DNA of 62,907 bases, filler included, from Acetivibrio sp. (lineage in GTDB: Bacteria > Bacillota > Clostridia > Acetivibrionales > Acetivibrionaceae), in NCBI RefSeq assembly GCF_035371925.1. It is 5 parts of 5 records of this genome, joined end to end, with 100 filler letters (N's around TTAATTAATTAA, not from the genome) between each part and the next. Parts side by side here need not be neighbours in the genome. Positions count along the whole stretch, not along the records: positions 1 to 12,760 come from NZ_DAORXT010000083.1; 4 more parts are not named here. One strand, 5' to 3'. The translations under genes and the position numbers were made by a program. Numbering within the stretch: the first letter of the stretch is position 1; every line of letters starts with the position of its first letter. Below are positions 1 to 10,106 of the stretch, one piece after another. The notes under the pieces are model-generated. The model was not told the DNA's origin. It saw nothing but the letters and a program-made list of their open reading frames with translations, and did no database searches.

Positions 1-34
1 TGGTGGCCTGATTTTACTCCGGTAACTGACCTAA

Positions 35-424
35 ATTTTTATTGACATTTACATAGGTGATATTGTTCGGTTAAATGACATAACATATACTGTAAACGGT
101 GCAAGAGAAGTACCGGAAAACAAGTTTCTTTCCCCCGAGAACGGCAATATATGGTATGCAATTGATGTTGCCATTGAGAACAAAGGTAATCAAACCTTTA
201 ACTTTAACTCAATGCTAATGTTTACTTTAATTGACGGTGAGAATATAAGTTATGATGTGGCAATTGTTCCCGATTTAAGGGGAACTGTTGACGGCGAAAT
301 AGCTCCAAAAAGAAGTCTTCAGGGCGAAGTTGCTTTTGAAATACCCCAAGACGCAAAAGACCTTAAGCTGGAGATAGACCCAATCCTCTTTGGAGATAAA
401 GCTATTATCAAATTGGACCGTTAA
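35..424 (+). pseudogene. DUF4352-like domain reading frame with no evident start codon (possible frameshift from an upstream ORF)
   Basis: The frame is open from 35 after a TAA at 32-34 and reads IYIGDIVRLNDITYTVNG...YAIDVAIENKGNQ...LMFTLIDG...GTVDGEIAP...GEVAFEIPQDAKDLKLEIDP, a DUF4352-like pattern. The ORF track catches only 212-424. A frame-1 ORF enters from the window edge and stops at 43-45. Confidence 0.5.
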
Positions 425-429
425 TTATG

Positions 430-466
430 AAAAATCCTCAGGATAAAACCCGAGGATTATCTTTTT
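430..466. terminator. Probable bidirectional intrinsic terminator between the convergent DUF4352 frame and jetC
   Basis: AATCCTCAGG-ATAAAA-CCCGAGGATT hairpin flanked by an A tract and a T tract. Confidence 0.6.
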
Positions 467-474
467 GAGGATAT

Positions 475-3400
475 TTAAAACAATCTCATTTGTTCATGCT
501 TCACTTTGTATGTAGCAGATTCAAGTTCCGCACCGGATTTAACAAGGCTGGACTGTATTACACTCATGTTAATTCCCGAAAGCATCCTGTGCAACAGGCT
601 GTATACCACATCAAACTGCATATATATATCTGTCTGTTTATGACCGGTAAGGCATATCAACTGGGTATTTGTTGCCTTTGCAAGCTCGAAAATATACGAA
701 AGAAGATAGCTTGCATTTGCTTGACCGAAGGGATTGTCTATCCATATAACCTTGCTGGAACCTTGCCATCCGGTCTTTTTATACCTTAAGTAGGAAATAA
801 TCGAGATAAACATGGCAAAAAATCCTGCCAGCTTCTCTCCGCCGGACCAGTTTATAACCACTTCCCACGGAATATAGCGGGAAGCCCCGACAGTCAATTC
901 GGGCTTAAATACCTTGATTGAATATTCGTTAAGGTTTGTAACGGCATCCAAAAGCCTTACAGGGGACATTATTTTTGCTATTTCACTGTCGATTCTTGCC
1001 ATATCATATTTACCTTCGGCCTTCATTCTCTCAATTTCATTAATGGACTCCTCAATATAGCGGGCCATCAGAGCTTTTCCCTCTTCCTGATGAAGGGACG
1101 GCATTTCAATTACTATGGTCTTTCTGCTGGTGTCATTAATTTTTATTTTGGAAAAGGTATCAACGGATTTTAATTCCTCGTATATGGCTTCTGCCTTGCT
1201 ATAGCAGCGTTCTATAATTTCCTCCTTGTCTTTTGTGAATTCGTTTAATTGAAACTCTGCTGCGTCCTTCATCTTTTCAACACTCTTTAGTATATCCTCA
1301 AACATATCTTTGACATATTTGAAGTTATACATATCGCTTTTCATAATTTTATCGAGGGTCAGTCTGATTGTCATATTTTCGGCCCAATCCGCATCACTGT
1401 ACAGCTTATTATAGCTTTCCCGGATATTGGACTGCATCGTTTCCAGATTTCCTGCTGCTTCAAAATAATGTTTTTTTATTTTGCTTGTAATGTGGGAAAT
1501 CTCTTCAAGAGGCAATTTTAATATATCCCAGAGAGAAATGGTTTCTCCTTGATATACAAAGCTATCCATATTCTGTCTTGTTGATGCCTCGATACTTATA
1601 TTTTTTTCCTCTATATACTCATCGAGCCTTTCCCTGTATTCTACCAGCTTACCCCTTCTTTTTTCAACTTCATCCAGTTTTTTTGCGTTCTTCTGCTTCT
1701 TTTTTCTAAAGGCATCTATTTGCGCTTCAAAAAGGGCTCTATCAATACCTTCTAATGTTTCAAACTCAAAAGGCGGAAGATTGTATTTTTTCTGTATCTC
1801 TTTTCTCTGTATTTCTTCTTTGCCTTTTAATTTTTCAATATCTCCAAAGTACACCCTTTCTTCATCTTTTAATGTATTGGCTTCTTGCTCTAGTAGATGT
1901 TGTATTTTGCGTTCTTCTTCAATTTCATATTCTGTAAAGCTTGCCGAAATCCCATCAAAGTCGGACTCTTCAAATCCCTTTGAACGAATGTTGTTTAAGT
2001 TTTTTTCTACGTTTTCCCTGCATTTTTCGATAAATTTCTTTATCTGCTCCCCGTCTCTTTCAGATATCTTTATTTCAAGTCCCCGGGCTTTAGAGAGAAT
2101 TTCTTCTAAAGTTCCGGTTATTTGCATTTGGGGCTCTTCAATACTTAATTTTGCTGATATTTCATCAAATATTTTTCTTTTTTCCTCATACTGTCTTGAG
2201 TTTGTGTTTATACTTGTTTTTACATCCTCAATATTTTTAAATATTGAATCAATCTTCTCGCTGAAAGTATTTTTCTCCCTTTCAATTTGCTCAAGCATTT
2301 GTTTTTTTACCCGAAGGTCTTTATCAAGCTTTGAAATTTCATCTTTAAGCTCCATATACTGCTTAAGACTTTCAATATCCTTCTCTTTCTCTTTTACAAG
2401 TTCATTTGCTTTATCAATAGCATCTTGATTTTCTCTGATTTTTCTCTGAAGCGTATCTCTTTCTTCTCTTATACTCTTTAGGGTATCATCATTTTTGTTG
2501 ATATCCTCTAAAATAGCATCAAAATGGGCTCTGTTTTCTTTAAGCCATCCTTCGGGATAGGTCTTTACGAACTCCCGGCATCTTTCCATAAGTCCGGTTA
2601 ACTTTTCCGCATTTTCTTTCATTCCTTCATATTCAGCCTTCAATCTGTCGATATTTTGATCCATTCCCGTAAGATATGCTTTAAAAAGTTCGGAGTCTAA
2701 AGCTAAGGCATTATTCTTTGAATAAACCACATACATTTCTAAAGAGCCTAATTTGTCAATTCCCTTTGATAATTCCGATTTGGTCTTTGGAGTCATTATT
2801 CCATCTTCGGAGTCCACAATAAAAGTCACAGGGTAGCTTTCAACCAGCTCCAGCATCCCGTCAAACAGAGGACCGTCCTCTATTTTTAGCAGTTCTTGTT
2901 TGTCTATTATTATTGAGTGGCACAAAAGGGGGTTTTGGTGCAAAAGAGCCTCCCTTAAATCCTCACGCTGGTTTTTTAGCCACAATGAACCCGGTATGCA
3001 TCTTATGTTATGGTCTTTCAAGTACTCGTAAACTTTTTTGAGCTCTATATCCGGAAGGTAGTATTCACTGCCGTCAAAAAGATACTTTCTCTTAATAAGC
3101 TCATGGTATCTTCCCAAAACATCACTTATGGAATTGTCCATCTTTATCTTAAGAGCGTTAAGAGCTTCATGGGTTTCTTTGCTGTAAACATCTTCGGAAA
3201 TTTCATACATAGATATTTCTTTATTTATTTTTGAGTATTTGTTTTCAAAGGTTTGGATTTTTTCATCGAGGTTGTCTTTTTGCTGACGCAAAGCTGCTGT
3301 GCTTTCATTTATCCTGTTTTCTTTTATCGATAAATCTTCCATTAACCCGTTTATTTCTTCGATTTCTTTTTTGAGATTTCCTATTTTGCATAAAAGTTCA

Positions 3401-4902
3401 TCCCTTTGCTTTGTAAAACTTAAAAGTTCTTCCGAAGGAGCTAATAAAATTGTCATATCCTTTGAATAAAAATATGATGAAAGCTGGCTTAAAACTTTTT
3501 GCTTATCCTCAATCTTTGTGCGAATGGAAGAAATATTGTCCCTTACCCTGTCCCTCTCGACATCTTTTTCTTTGACTTTTATTTCTAGTTCTTTCTGTTC
3601 CTTTGACAACACATCTCTTTGATTTATTAAGTCTTCCATGGTTTTTTGAATTTTCTTTATCTCTTCCTCAAGCAAAATCTTTGCATGATATATGTAATTT
3701 TGATATTCTTTGTCAATCTCTTCTTTTTCTTTTGAAAGGGCATCAAGCTGTGCTTTAGATAATGAAATCTCACTTCTTGTACTAATGACCTCCTCATACA
3801 TGACAGCCGATTCCATAAAATTGATTTTCTCTTTGCACTTTTGAATTTTATCCTCAAGCTTATTGATTTCTCTTAAAACTTCCTCATGTCTTGCTTTTAA
3901 AGATTCAAGTTCAATGAGTATTTTCTGATACTCAAGGCTTTCCGTTTTATATGAAAGCTCTTCAATTTTTGCTGAATAGTTACGGTCGTTGTTTTTTAGG
4001 CTTTCACTTTCGTCATATAGCCTGTTTGAGGCAATTGTTATAAGATTTGAAAGGGTCAGCAAATCCCGGCTGATGTTATTTATTTCATCAACAGTCACAC
4101 CGTAGTCATAAAGCTCTGAAAGAAGCTTTGATGCTTTCTCGCAAAAAGCTTCATACATCTTTATATTATGCTGGTAAATGGGTATGTTCTTTAAGTTTTC
4201 GAGATGCTTTTTGAAAGTCTCAGCCAATATTCCGGATGTTTCCCCTTCTCTCTGAGGAATATTGGGAATAATAAGCTTTTCAATTACATTCCTAGACTTT
4301 CTTGCATTTTCAAAAAATTTGTCAATTCCGCCCTCAGTCTGGTTTATAACCTTTATAGCTTCAAATTCTTCCTTAAACAAATTAAAAGTATAAAGCTTGT
4401 CCCTGTATTCCCTCTGGCGGTCACGAGAGTATATATTAATATTAAGCCGCATATCAGAGATAAGTTTCTTTAAATAGTTCTGGTACTCTAAAAAACCTAT
4501 AACCTGCTTTTTTTCATTTATTGCTTCAAGGCCTTTTATATCAAAATCATGGGGCAAGGTATATTTATGAGTATAGGTAAAATACCTAAGCCCGTCGGAA
4601 TTTTTGGACACACAAATACCTGTCAGAAGATATTCGGCAATGGGGCCGTCAAGCTTCCATTCCACCATAATATGGGTAGGAGAAGCTCCGGGCTTGAAAT
4701 AGTCGCTAAAATTCCTGCTTCCCATACTTGTATTGGGCAGCACGACCTGAAGAGCCAATTGAAGTATGACACTTTTTCCTCCCCCGTTTTCAAGGTTCAG
4801 GAGGGCATTTTTCCCGTCAAACTCAAACACTTCGTTTGAAATACATTTTTTATCGTCGTCATATTTAAAATTCACAATTCTAAATCTGTTTATTCTCGGC
4901 AT
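475..4902 (-). CDS. jetC: Wadjet SMC-like ATPase JetC (type III-like)
   Basis: N-terminal Walker A LENGGGKS, very long coiled coils, C-terminal signature WSGGEK and Walker B/D-loop VIWIDNPFG. Start moved to the ATG at 4902 (MPRINRFR) because AAGGA lies upstream; the ORF track starts at the TTG at 4920. Confidence 0.85.
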   Translation of the reverse strand: MPRINRFRIVNFKYDDDKKCISNEVFEFDGKNALLNLENGGGKSVILQLALQVVLPNTSMGSRNFSDYFKPGASPTHIMVEWKLDGPIAEYLLTGICVSKNSDGLRYFTYTHKYTLPHDFDIKGLEAINEKKQVIGFLEYQNYLKKLISDMRLNINIYSRDRQREYRDKLYTFNLFKEEFEAIKVINQTEGGIDKFFENARKSRNVIEKLIIPNIPQREGETSGILAETFKKHLENLKNIPIYQHNIKMYEAFCEKASKLLSELYDYGVTVDEINNISRDLLTLSNLITIASNRLYDESESLKNNDRNYSAKIEELSYKTESLEYQKILIELESLKARHEEVLREINKLEDKIQKCKEKINFMESAVMYEEVISTRSEISLSKAQLDALSKEKEEIDKEYQNYIYHAKILLEEEIKKIQKTMEDLINQRDVLSKEQKELEIKVKEKDVERDRVRDNISSIRTKIEDKQKVLSQLSSYFYSKDMTILLAPSEELLSFTKQRDELLCKIGNLKKEIEEINGLMEDLSIKENRINESTAALRQQKDNLDEKIQTFENKYSKINKEISMYEISEDVYSKETHEALNALKIKMDNSISDVLGRYHELIKRKYLFDGSEYYLPDIELKKVYEYLKDHNIRCIPGSLWLKNQREDLREALLHQNPLLCHSIIIDKQELLKIEDGPLFDGMLELVESYPVTFIVDSEDGIMTPKTKSELSKGIDKLGSLEMYVVYSKNNALALDSELFKAYLTGMDQNIDRLKAEYEGMKENAEKLTGLMERCREFVKTYPEGWLKENRAHFDAILEDINKNDDTLKSIREERDTLQRKIRENQDAIDKANELVKEKEKDIESLKQYMELKDEISKLDKDLRVKKQMLEQIEREKNTFSEKIDSIFKNIEDVKTSINTNSRQYEEKRKIFDEISAKLSIEEPQMQITGTLEEILSKARGLEIKISERDGEQIKKFIEKCRENVEKNLNNIRSKGFEESDFDGISASFTEYEIEEERKIQHLLEQEANTLKDEERVYFGDIEKLKGKEEIQRKEIQKKYNLPPFEFETLEGIDRALFEAQIDAFRKKKQKNAKKLDEVEKRRGKLVEYRERLDEYIEEKNISIEASTRQNMDSFVYQGETISLWDILKLPLEEISHITSKIKKHYFEAAGNLETMQSNIRESYNKLYSDADWAENMTIRLTLDKIMKSDMYNFKYVKDMFEDILKSVEKMKDAAEFQLNEFTKDKEEIIERCYSKAEAIYEELKSVDTFSKIKINDTSRKTIVIEMPSLHQEEGKALMARYIEESINEIERMKAEGKYDMARIDSEIAKIMSPVRLLDAVTNLNEYSIKVFKPELTVGASRYIPWEVVINWSGGEKLAGFFAMFISIISYLRYKKTGWQGSSKVIWIDNPFGQANASYLLSYIFELAKATNTQLICLTGHKQTDIYMQFDVVYSLLHRMLSGINMSVIQSSLVKSGAELESATYKVKHEQMRLF

Positions 4903-4906
4903 AAAA

Positions 4907-5623
4907 TCATATCCTTTCAATGAAAGAGAGGATTTCTCTTTTTCTGGTACTTTCGGGGTAATAGCTTATCACTAGAGTATCCATTTTGTCGGTGGTATAG
5001 ATTTCACTGTCATTGTCTAAATTTACAAGCCCTTGTTCCTGAAGAAATTTGATGGTCCTGTATATATAGCTTATTCTAGTGCCTTTAGACTGGCTGAAGT
5101 TTTTTATTTTTTCGTCATAGGCAGGCATATCAAGCCATAGCTTTGATATACTCCTGAAATTAAAATTCAGGGCTTCATCGATTTCTTCATTGTTTTCCAT
5201 GGCTTCAACCGCTTGAAGCTTGGATGTTATATATGCTTCGAGCTCTTCGACATTTAGCATGGTGCGAATCTTGTTGTTGTAGTTCTCACCGTTAAAGAAT
5301 TTTATAATAATAGATAGGATTATTATGTAGGACAAATACAGTTCAGTATTATTGGCAAAACCCATTTTATCCCTTAACTCTTCGTTGGTAAAGCCGAAAA
5401 ATCTGTTATCCGTTCTCGGAGTATAATACAAGGTGTCCGAGGAATGAAGCACCATAATTCCGGACTCTTCTTCAAATATCCTCATAATATATGATATTTC
5501 AGGATCTTCATAGGACATAAACAGTTCAGGTTCATCCTTTTTTGATATTTTGGATTTTTCAATCAAGTTCATAAACAAAGAAAATGCCTTTCTTACCGAA
5601 TCAGGCGAGAAATTCTCCATCAT
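4907..5623 (-). CDS. jetB: Wadjet JetB (DUF6063-like, KITE subunit)
   Basis: 238 aa, immediately upstream of the SMC gene, ATGA overlap with the upstream gene, winged-helix-like C-terminus (YRTIKFLQEQGLV). Confidence 0.7.
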   Translation of the reverse strand: MMENFSPDSVRKAFSLFMNLIEKSKISKKDEPELFMSYEDPEISYIMRIFEEESGIMVLHSSDTLYYTPRTDNRFFGFTNEELRDKMGFANNTELYLSYIIILSIIIKFFNGENYNNKIRTMLNVEELEAYITSKLQAVEAMENNEEIDEALNFNFRSISKLWLDMPAYDEKIKNFSQSKGTRISYIYRTIKFLQEQGLVNLDNDSEIYTTDKMDTLVISYYPESTRKREILSFIERI

Positions 5624-7197
5624 TTTTCCCCCTTGATAATAAAATCTGTTATCTCATTTCCGTTTTCAAAGCTTATCTTTTTATCCCCGGATATTAAAAG
5701 CAGGGTTTTTAGAGCTCTAAGCTCGGGCTTTTTGTCAAATATCCTTTCAAAAAGGTAATAAATATTTATGTTGTAAGTTGAAGTATCCCTTACCATCCTG
5801 CTTAATATATCTTCTAAATCTTTAAAATCAATGAGTTTGTTTTGATGAAGAATTACAACCAAGCTGTAAAAGTCAAAATCAAAGGAAGCCGTATTATACA
5901 AGTTTTCATCAAGCCTTGCGAGGGCTTGGCTAAGATGAGACTCACCTTCATAGTATGCTTCAAGAAGTATGGCCTCAAGGTAAGCCATAACCTTTTTATC
6001 CCTTCTTTCCCTCTCTTCTCTCTCTTCCTTTTCCTTCATCTCCATCGCCAATTCAATGTCTATGCTTTCCCTGTCATCTTCCAGGGCTTCACTCTTTATC
6101 CTCTGAGGCTCTAAAGCTTTAAACAGATTAAAGACCTTAAGGGATGCATTATTGGTGAACAGCGGAGACAGTATGCTTTTTAATGGTTCGGGATTTAAAT
6201 TTATTGAAATAAATACATCAAAGATACTTTTTTCAAAGTCAATAAATTCGCTGACTCCCTGGCGAAGCCTTATTTCTATAGTTTTCAAGTACTCGCCTAC
6301 AATGTCAAGCTTTTCGTTAAAAAGCCTGTCATGTTCGGCGGTTGTTATATTGAGTTTTTCTGTAAGCACATTTATTTGCTCGAGCTTTCTTAGCTCATCT
6401 TCTTCAAGCTCAAAATAGTTTATTTTCTCAATGTTTTCCCTATGCTCTTTTAGTATCCTTTTTATATTGCCAAATTCCCGTCTTTCAATCTCAAACTGCT
6501 CCTTTATCCTTGAGAAAAGCTGCTTTAAATCTTCAAAATCAATTCCCAGCACATTTTGCCGTATGTTCAAAAGGAGGCTTTCAAGTTTTTCCCGAAGCTG
6601 TCTTACTTGGAGATTCAGCTCGTTTACAGTCTGTAATGCTCCGGAAAATACCCCTTTTTCAATTTGCTGTTTTAAATACAGCTGGGTTATGTTAATCCTA
6701 AATTCCGAATATATTTCCCGAGTTTTAAAGAGGAGCTCCATCCCCTGATCAGTAAGCTTATACCTTGCAGATTTTTTAATCTCGTAATATGAAGTATCAA
6801 TAAGCTTTATCGAAATGGATTCATCTTTATTGGTCTCCAAGTTTCGGAACTTGAAATCAACTACCTCGCCGCCACTTCCTGCTATTGAATCCCTTATGTA
6901 AAACGCCATTTCCCTTGACTCTTCCTGAGTCATATTGATATCATATGACCTTTTTAAAAGGAGCTGCAAAAAATCTGCAATGTTGTCAATGCTGCATTCT
7001 TCACGCCCGATTAGCATATTTTCCAAAACAAATAGCAAAACGGAAAATCCTACGGAAATCATGTCTACTTCGCCATATTTCTGAAAACCTGTGAGCTTTC
7101 GTGCTAGGTGTATAAAAGGTGCCAGATTGCTCATTCTCTGCCTGAAATCCTTAAGACAATCCAAAGCAGTTCCTTCAAAGTCATTTCTCTGGTACAA
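5620..7197 (-). CDS. jetA: Wadjet JetA (kleisin-like subunit)
   Basis: 525 aa coiled-coil-rich ORF between jetD and jetB. TTG start with AGGAGG 9 nt upstream, 17-nt overlap with jetD. Assigned mainly from position and size. Confidence 0.7.
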   Translation of the reverse strand: MYQRNDFEGTALDCLKDFRQRMSNLAPFIHLARKLTGFQKYGEVDMISVGFSVLLFVLENMLIGREECSIDNIADFLQLLLKRSYDINMTQEESREMAFYIRDSIAGSGGEVVDFKFRNLETNKDESISIKLIDTSYYEIKKSARYKLTDQGMELLFKTREIYSEFRINITQLYLKQQIEKGVFSGALQTVNELNLQVRQLREKLESLLLNIRQNVLGIDFEDLKQLFSRIKEQFEIERREFGNIKRILKEHRENIEKINYFELEEDELRKLEQINVLTEKLNITTAEHDRLFNEKLDIVGEYLKTIEIRLRQGVSEFIDFEKSIFDVFISINLNPEPLKSILSPLFTNNASLKVFNLFKALEPQRIKSEALEDDRESIDIELAMEMKEKEEREERERRDKKVMAYLEAILLEAYYEGESHLSQALARLDENLYNTASFDFDFYSLVVILHQNKLIDFKDLEDILSRMVRDTSTYNINIYYLFERIFDKKPELRALKTLLLISGDKKISFENGNEITDFIIKGEK

Positions 7198-8221
7198 ATT
7201 TTACCGCCTCCTGTGGAATATACTTGCCATCGTACAGTACTGCTGCTATTTCCCTTCTGCTCTCTTCGTCAAAATGCTCAAGAAAAGGCTCCAAGGGTAC
7301 TTCCGACTGATTTGTCCTAAGCTTAGGAGGCTTTTTGGCTGCCTTTAACAGCTCTTGATACAATCTTACATGGGGTACTATCAAATCCTTGCCGTATTTT
7401 AATGCCAAAGAGTTGTATATTCCGATGCCTTCATAATCAAGGTCACCGAAATAATATACCCTCTCTATTTCTTTATCCATTGCTACTTCAGCAATAAAAC
7501 TGTAGCTATTTATTATCTTCTTTCCTTCACCGTAAATCAGCATATCTACATTTACCCCGTAAATTTGACGTTTGGGCTTTCTTTCCAGAAATTTTACCAC
7601 AGAATAAAAAGTATCCTTGTTTTCGATAATTAATATATTAAGCCTGTCCTTTGGCTCAAGCAATATATAGAAAAAAGCTTCTAATGTCTTGTAACAATTC
7701 AGGTCCTCAAGAGAAAGCCCCACGCGTTTTAGCAAAACCTTTCCGTGGGATTCGAGAAATTTCTCATTGTTGAAAATCTCAAAGGACCTTTCATTCATAG
7801 TGCATCTATATTTTAATGAGCGGCCTGAAGTACTGTCAAGAAGATACTGAGAAAGCATCAAAATATACTTCCTGTCATTTTTATATGCCTCAGGGTTTTT
7901 GAAATAATAACTTTTATCAAGCTTTGGGTACAGGGCTTGCAGCTCCAAAACCAATTCGTCACTGAGTTTACTTTCATTTTCTACAAGTATCCTGTATTTA
8001 TTATATAGAGGAGGATTGCGGCCATTAATCCCCGATGCTTTTACCGGCGAAAGAAATCCTTTTTCACATAAACTATTAATAAAAGAGGCAAAAGACCGGT
8101 ATCCTCCTTTAAGCTCAAAACTGTCCACTCCCAACTGTTTTTCAACTCCAAGGAGAATGTCAGAGGTCTCAATTACTTTCTTAGCATGATTCTCAATCGT
8201 TTGATAAATGAGTTTTTCCAT
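7181..8221 (-). CDS. jetD: Wadjet JetD Toprim nuclease (DUF2220-like)
   Basis: Toprim motifs IIENKDTF, IYGEGKKI and YFGDLDYEGIGI; first gene of a tightly overlapping four-gene run ending in an SMC gene. Confidence 0.85.
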   Translation of the reverse strand: MEKLIYQTIENHAKKVIETSDILLGVEKQLGVDSFELKGGYRSFASFINSLCEKGFLSPVKASGINGRNPPLYNKYRILVENESKLSDELVLELQALYPKLDKSYYFKNPEAYKNDRKYILMLSQYLLDSTSGRSLKYRCTMNERSFEIFNNEKFLESHGKVLLKRVGLSLEDLNCYKTLEAFFYILLEPKDRLNILIIENKDTFYSVVKFLERKPKRQIYGVNVDMLIYGEGKKIINSYSFIAEVAMDKEIERVYYFGDLDYEGIGIYNSLALKYGKDLIVPHVRLYQELLKAAKKPPKLRTNQSEVPLEPFLEHFDEESRREIAAVLYDGKYIPQEAVKFVPEK

Positions 8222-8266
8222 TAAAAATGCCCTTTCCGTCTCAGCAAAATAATTTATTAGATATTA

Positions 8267-9973
8267 TCACTTTTGCTCCATAAGCAAATACCTTTTTAGA
8301 ATCGCCATATCTGTAGAATTTATATTGGAATCTCCGTTTAAATCGGCAGCCAATTTTCCGTTTTCATACGGAAATTTATCAATAACCTTAAGCAAATATC
8401 TTTTTAACATGGAATAATCCGTTGAATTTACTTTCAAGTCACCGTTTACATCTCCCTTAATTACTTTAGGTGAAGGAGAAGGCTCGGGATTTGATACAGG
8501 TACCAGTTTCCAATGCTGATTTGATCCTTCTGCATCGGACCACTGTTGAATTATTCCGCCATCCGCAGTTGACCATTTTTGAACATCTATCAGCTTTCCG
8601 CTGTGCCTGCTGGAAATCTTGAAATACCCATCTCCTATGTCTTTAAATTTCCAATGCTGATTGTATCCGCCGTTGCTGGTGTACTGTATTAAAACTCCCC
8701 CATTCTCCTTGGACTCATCTTTTACATCCAAAGCTTTTCCGCTTTTTACGTTCACAATCTTTTTATAACCGTCACTAACGTCCACAAGATACCACTGCTG
8801 ACTTAAAGAACCGTTGTCGGTCCATTGAACAATTTGGGCCGCATTTTCGGTGGAGCCGTCGAGGACATCGAGGACTTTTCCGCTGTTTTTGTTCACCAGC
8901 TTGTAACGCGTAGTATCCGGTATGTACTCGTAAACTTTTCCCGAAGAAACATCAATCTTTATAGAATCATAATAAGGTAACTCAAGCTTTGTATCCGATA
9001 TGAAATTTATCGGAAGCCATACATATTGGGAATCATTTACCTTTCCTCCCCAGGCACCGGCCCAACGGTCTCCTGTATACAGATAGGTGGTCTCAGCACT
9101 TCCCTGAACGGGAATGATATATGCCGGCTGAGACCTGTATGTAGTCGAATTTCCGAGATTTTGGAGTGAAGACCAACCGCTGGCCAAATCTTTTGAATAG
9201 GCATATTTGGTCTGATTGGGATTCCATCCTGTACAACCGGAGGTAATCAGATAGTAGTAACCGTTTCTTTTTATGAGGCAGGGTGCTTCTCTTTGCTGCC
9301 CTACAAACAGCTTTGCTTTAAGGGATGCAATATTTTTATAATCGGGTGTTAATTCATAAAGATGCAGGTCCATGTTTTCATTGGCCGAGGAAATGAAATA
9401 TCCCTTGCCGTCGGTGTCTACAAATACATTGCAGTCCCTGGACATATATCCCGGAAGGCCATGATCCATAACGCCTGTGTCTTGCATAGGACGAAAGCTT
9501 CGAATATATGTGAATTTGCCGTCGGGGGTTTTGCAGTATGCAACAGCTGCCCTTGCCTGACCGTAGTTTATACCGTTTTCCCAGTGCATCCACATGACAA
9601 ACTCACCGGTTGATGCGTTATACATAACTTTTGGTCTCTCAATATTGCATCGATTAAGCTCGGGAGCAGAATCCGGAGCCAGTACCTCTCCCCTGTATTC
9701 CCAATTTGCAAGGTCTTTTGACCTGTAACACCGTACGCCTAAAAAGTAGTTGGAGCTGTCCCGGTATTCACCGTACCAGTAGTAATAGTCGCCGTGTTTT
9801 AACAAACCTCCTCCATGGGCATGTATTACATTTCCCGATGTGTCTTTAAACTGTGTTCCGTTGACAACGACCCTGTCGTTAGCCAACACAGTAAAGCTTT
9901 TAATAGTCCCCATCAGAAATGCCGCAAAGAGTAGTGTTAAAATAAACCGGCATCCAACATATCTTTTACCCAT
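8267..9973 (-). CDS. Cellulosomal GH43 exo-beta-1,3-galactanase-like enzyme with CBM13 (ricin) module and type I dockerin
   Basis: Signal peptide, HAHGGG...YYWYGEY, IERPKV and QREAP GH43_24-type motifs, QxW ricin repeats, twin GDVNGD/ADLNGD dockerin repeats. Confidence 0.9.
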   Translation of the reverse strand: MGKRYVGCRFILTLLFAAFLMGTIKSFTVLANDRVVVNGTQFKDTSGNVIHAHGGGLLKHGDYYYWYGEYRDSSNYFLGVRCYRSKDLANWEYRGEVLAPDSAPELNRCNIERPKVMYNASTGEFVMWMHWENGINYGQARAAVAYCKTPDGKFTYIRSFRPMQDTGVMDHGLPGYMSRDCNVFVDTDGKGYFISSANENMDLHLYELTPDYKNIASLKAKLFVGQQREAPCLIKRNGYYYLITSGCTGWNPNQTKYAYSKDLASGWSSLQNLGNSTTYRSQPAYIIPVQGSAETTYLYTGDRWAGAWGGKVNDSQYVWLPINFISDTKLELPYYDSIKIDVSSGKVYEYIPDTTRYKLVNKNSGKVLDVLDGSTENAAQIVQWTDNGSLSQQWYLVDVSDGYKKIVNVKSGKALDVKDESKENGGVLIQYTSNGGYNQHWKFKDIGDGYFKISSRHSGKLIDVQKWSTADGGIIQQWSDAEGSNQHWKLVPVSNPEPSPSPKVIKGDVNGDLKVNSTDYSMLKRYLLKVIDKFPYENGKLAADLNGDSNINSTDMAILKRYLLMEQK

Positions 9974-10024
9974 CTTTTATCCCTCCCCACAAATGACATT
10001 AATTATAAAAACAGCATTTACGTG

Positions 10025-10057
10025 CCGTTTATTAGTATCATAGACCTGTATAAACGG
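10025..10057 (-). promoter_or_regulatory. Intergenic stem-loop between the GH81 and GH43 genes
   Basis: CCGTTTAT-N17-ATAAACGG perfect 8-bp stem without a U tail. Confidence 0.4.
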
Positions 10058-10106
10058 GACTTGGCAACGCGGCCCATATATATTTTCTCATATTGTACCT
10101 AAAGCT

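Noticed and set aside
475..4902. Housekeeping chromosome Smc or SbcC
   Set aside because: The motifs (ENGGGKS, DNPFG) and the Toprim/JetA/JetB context fit Wadjet; there is no scpAB or sbcD.
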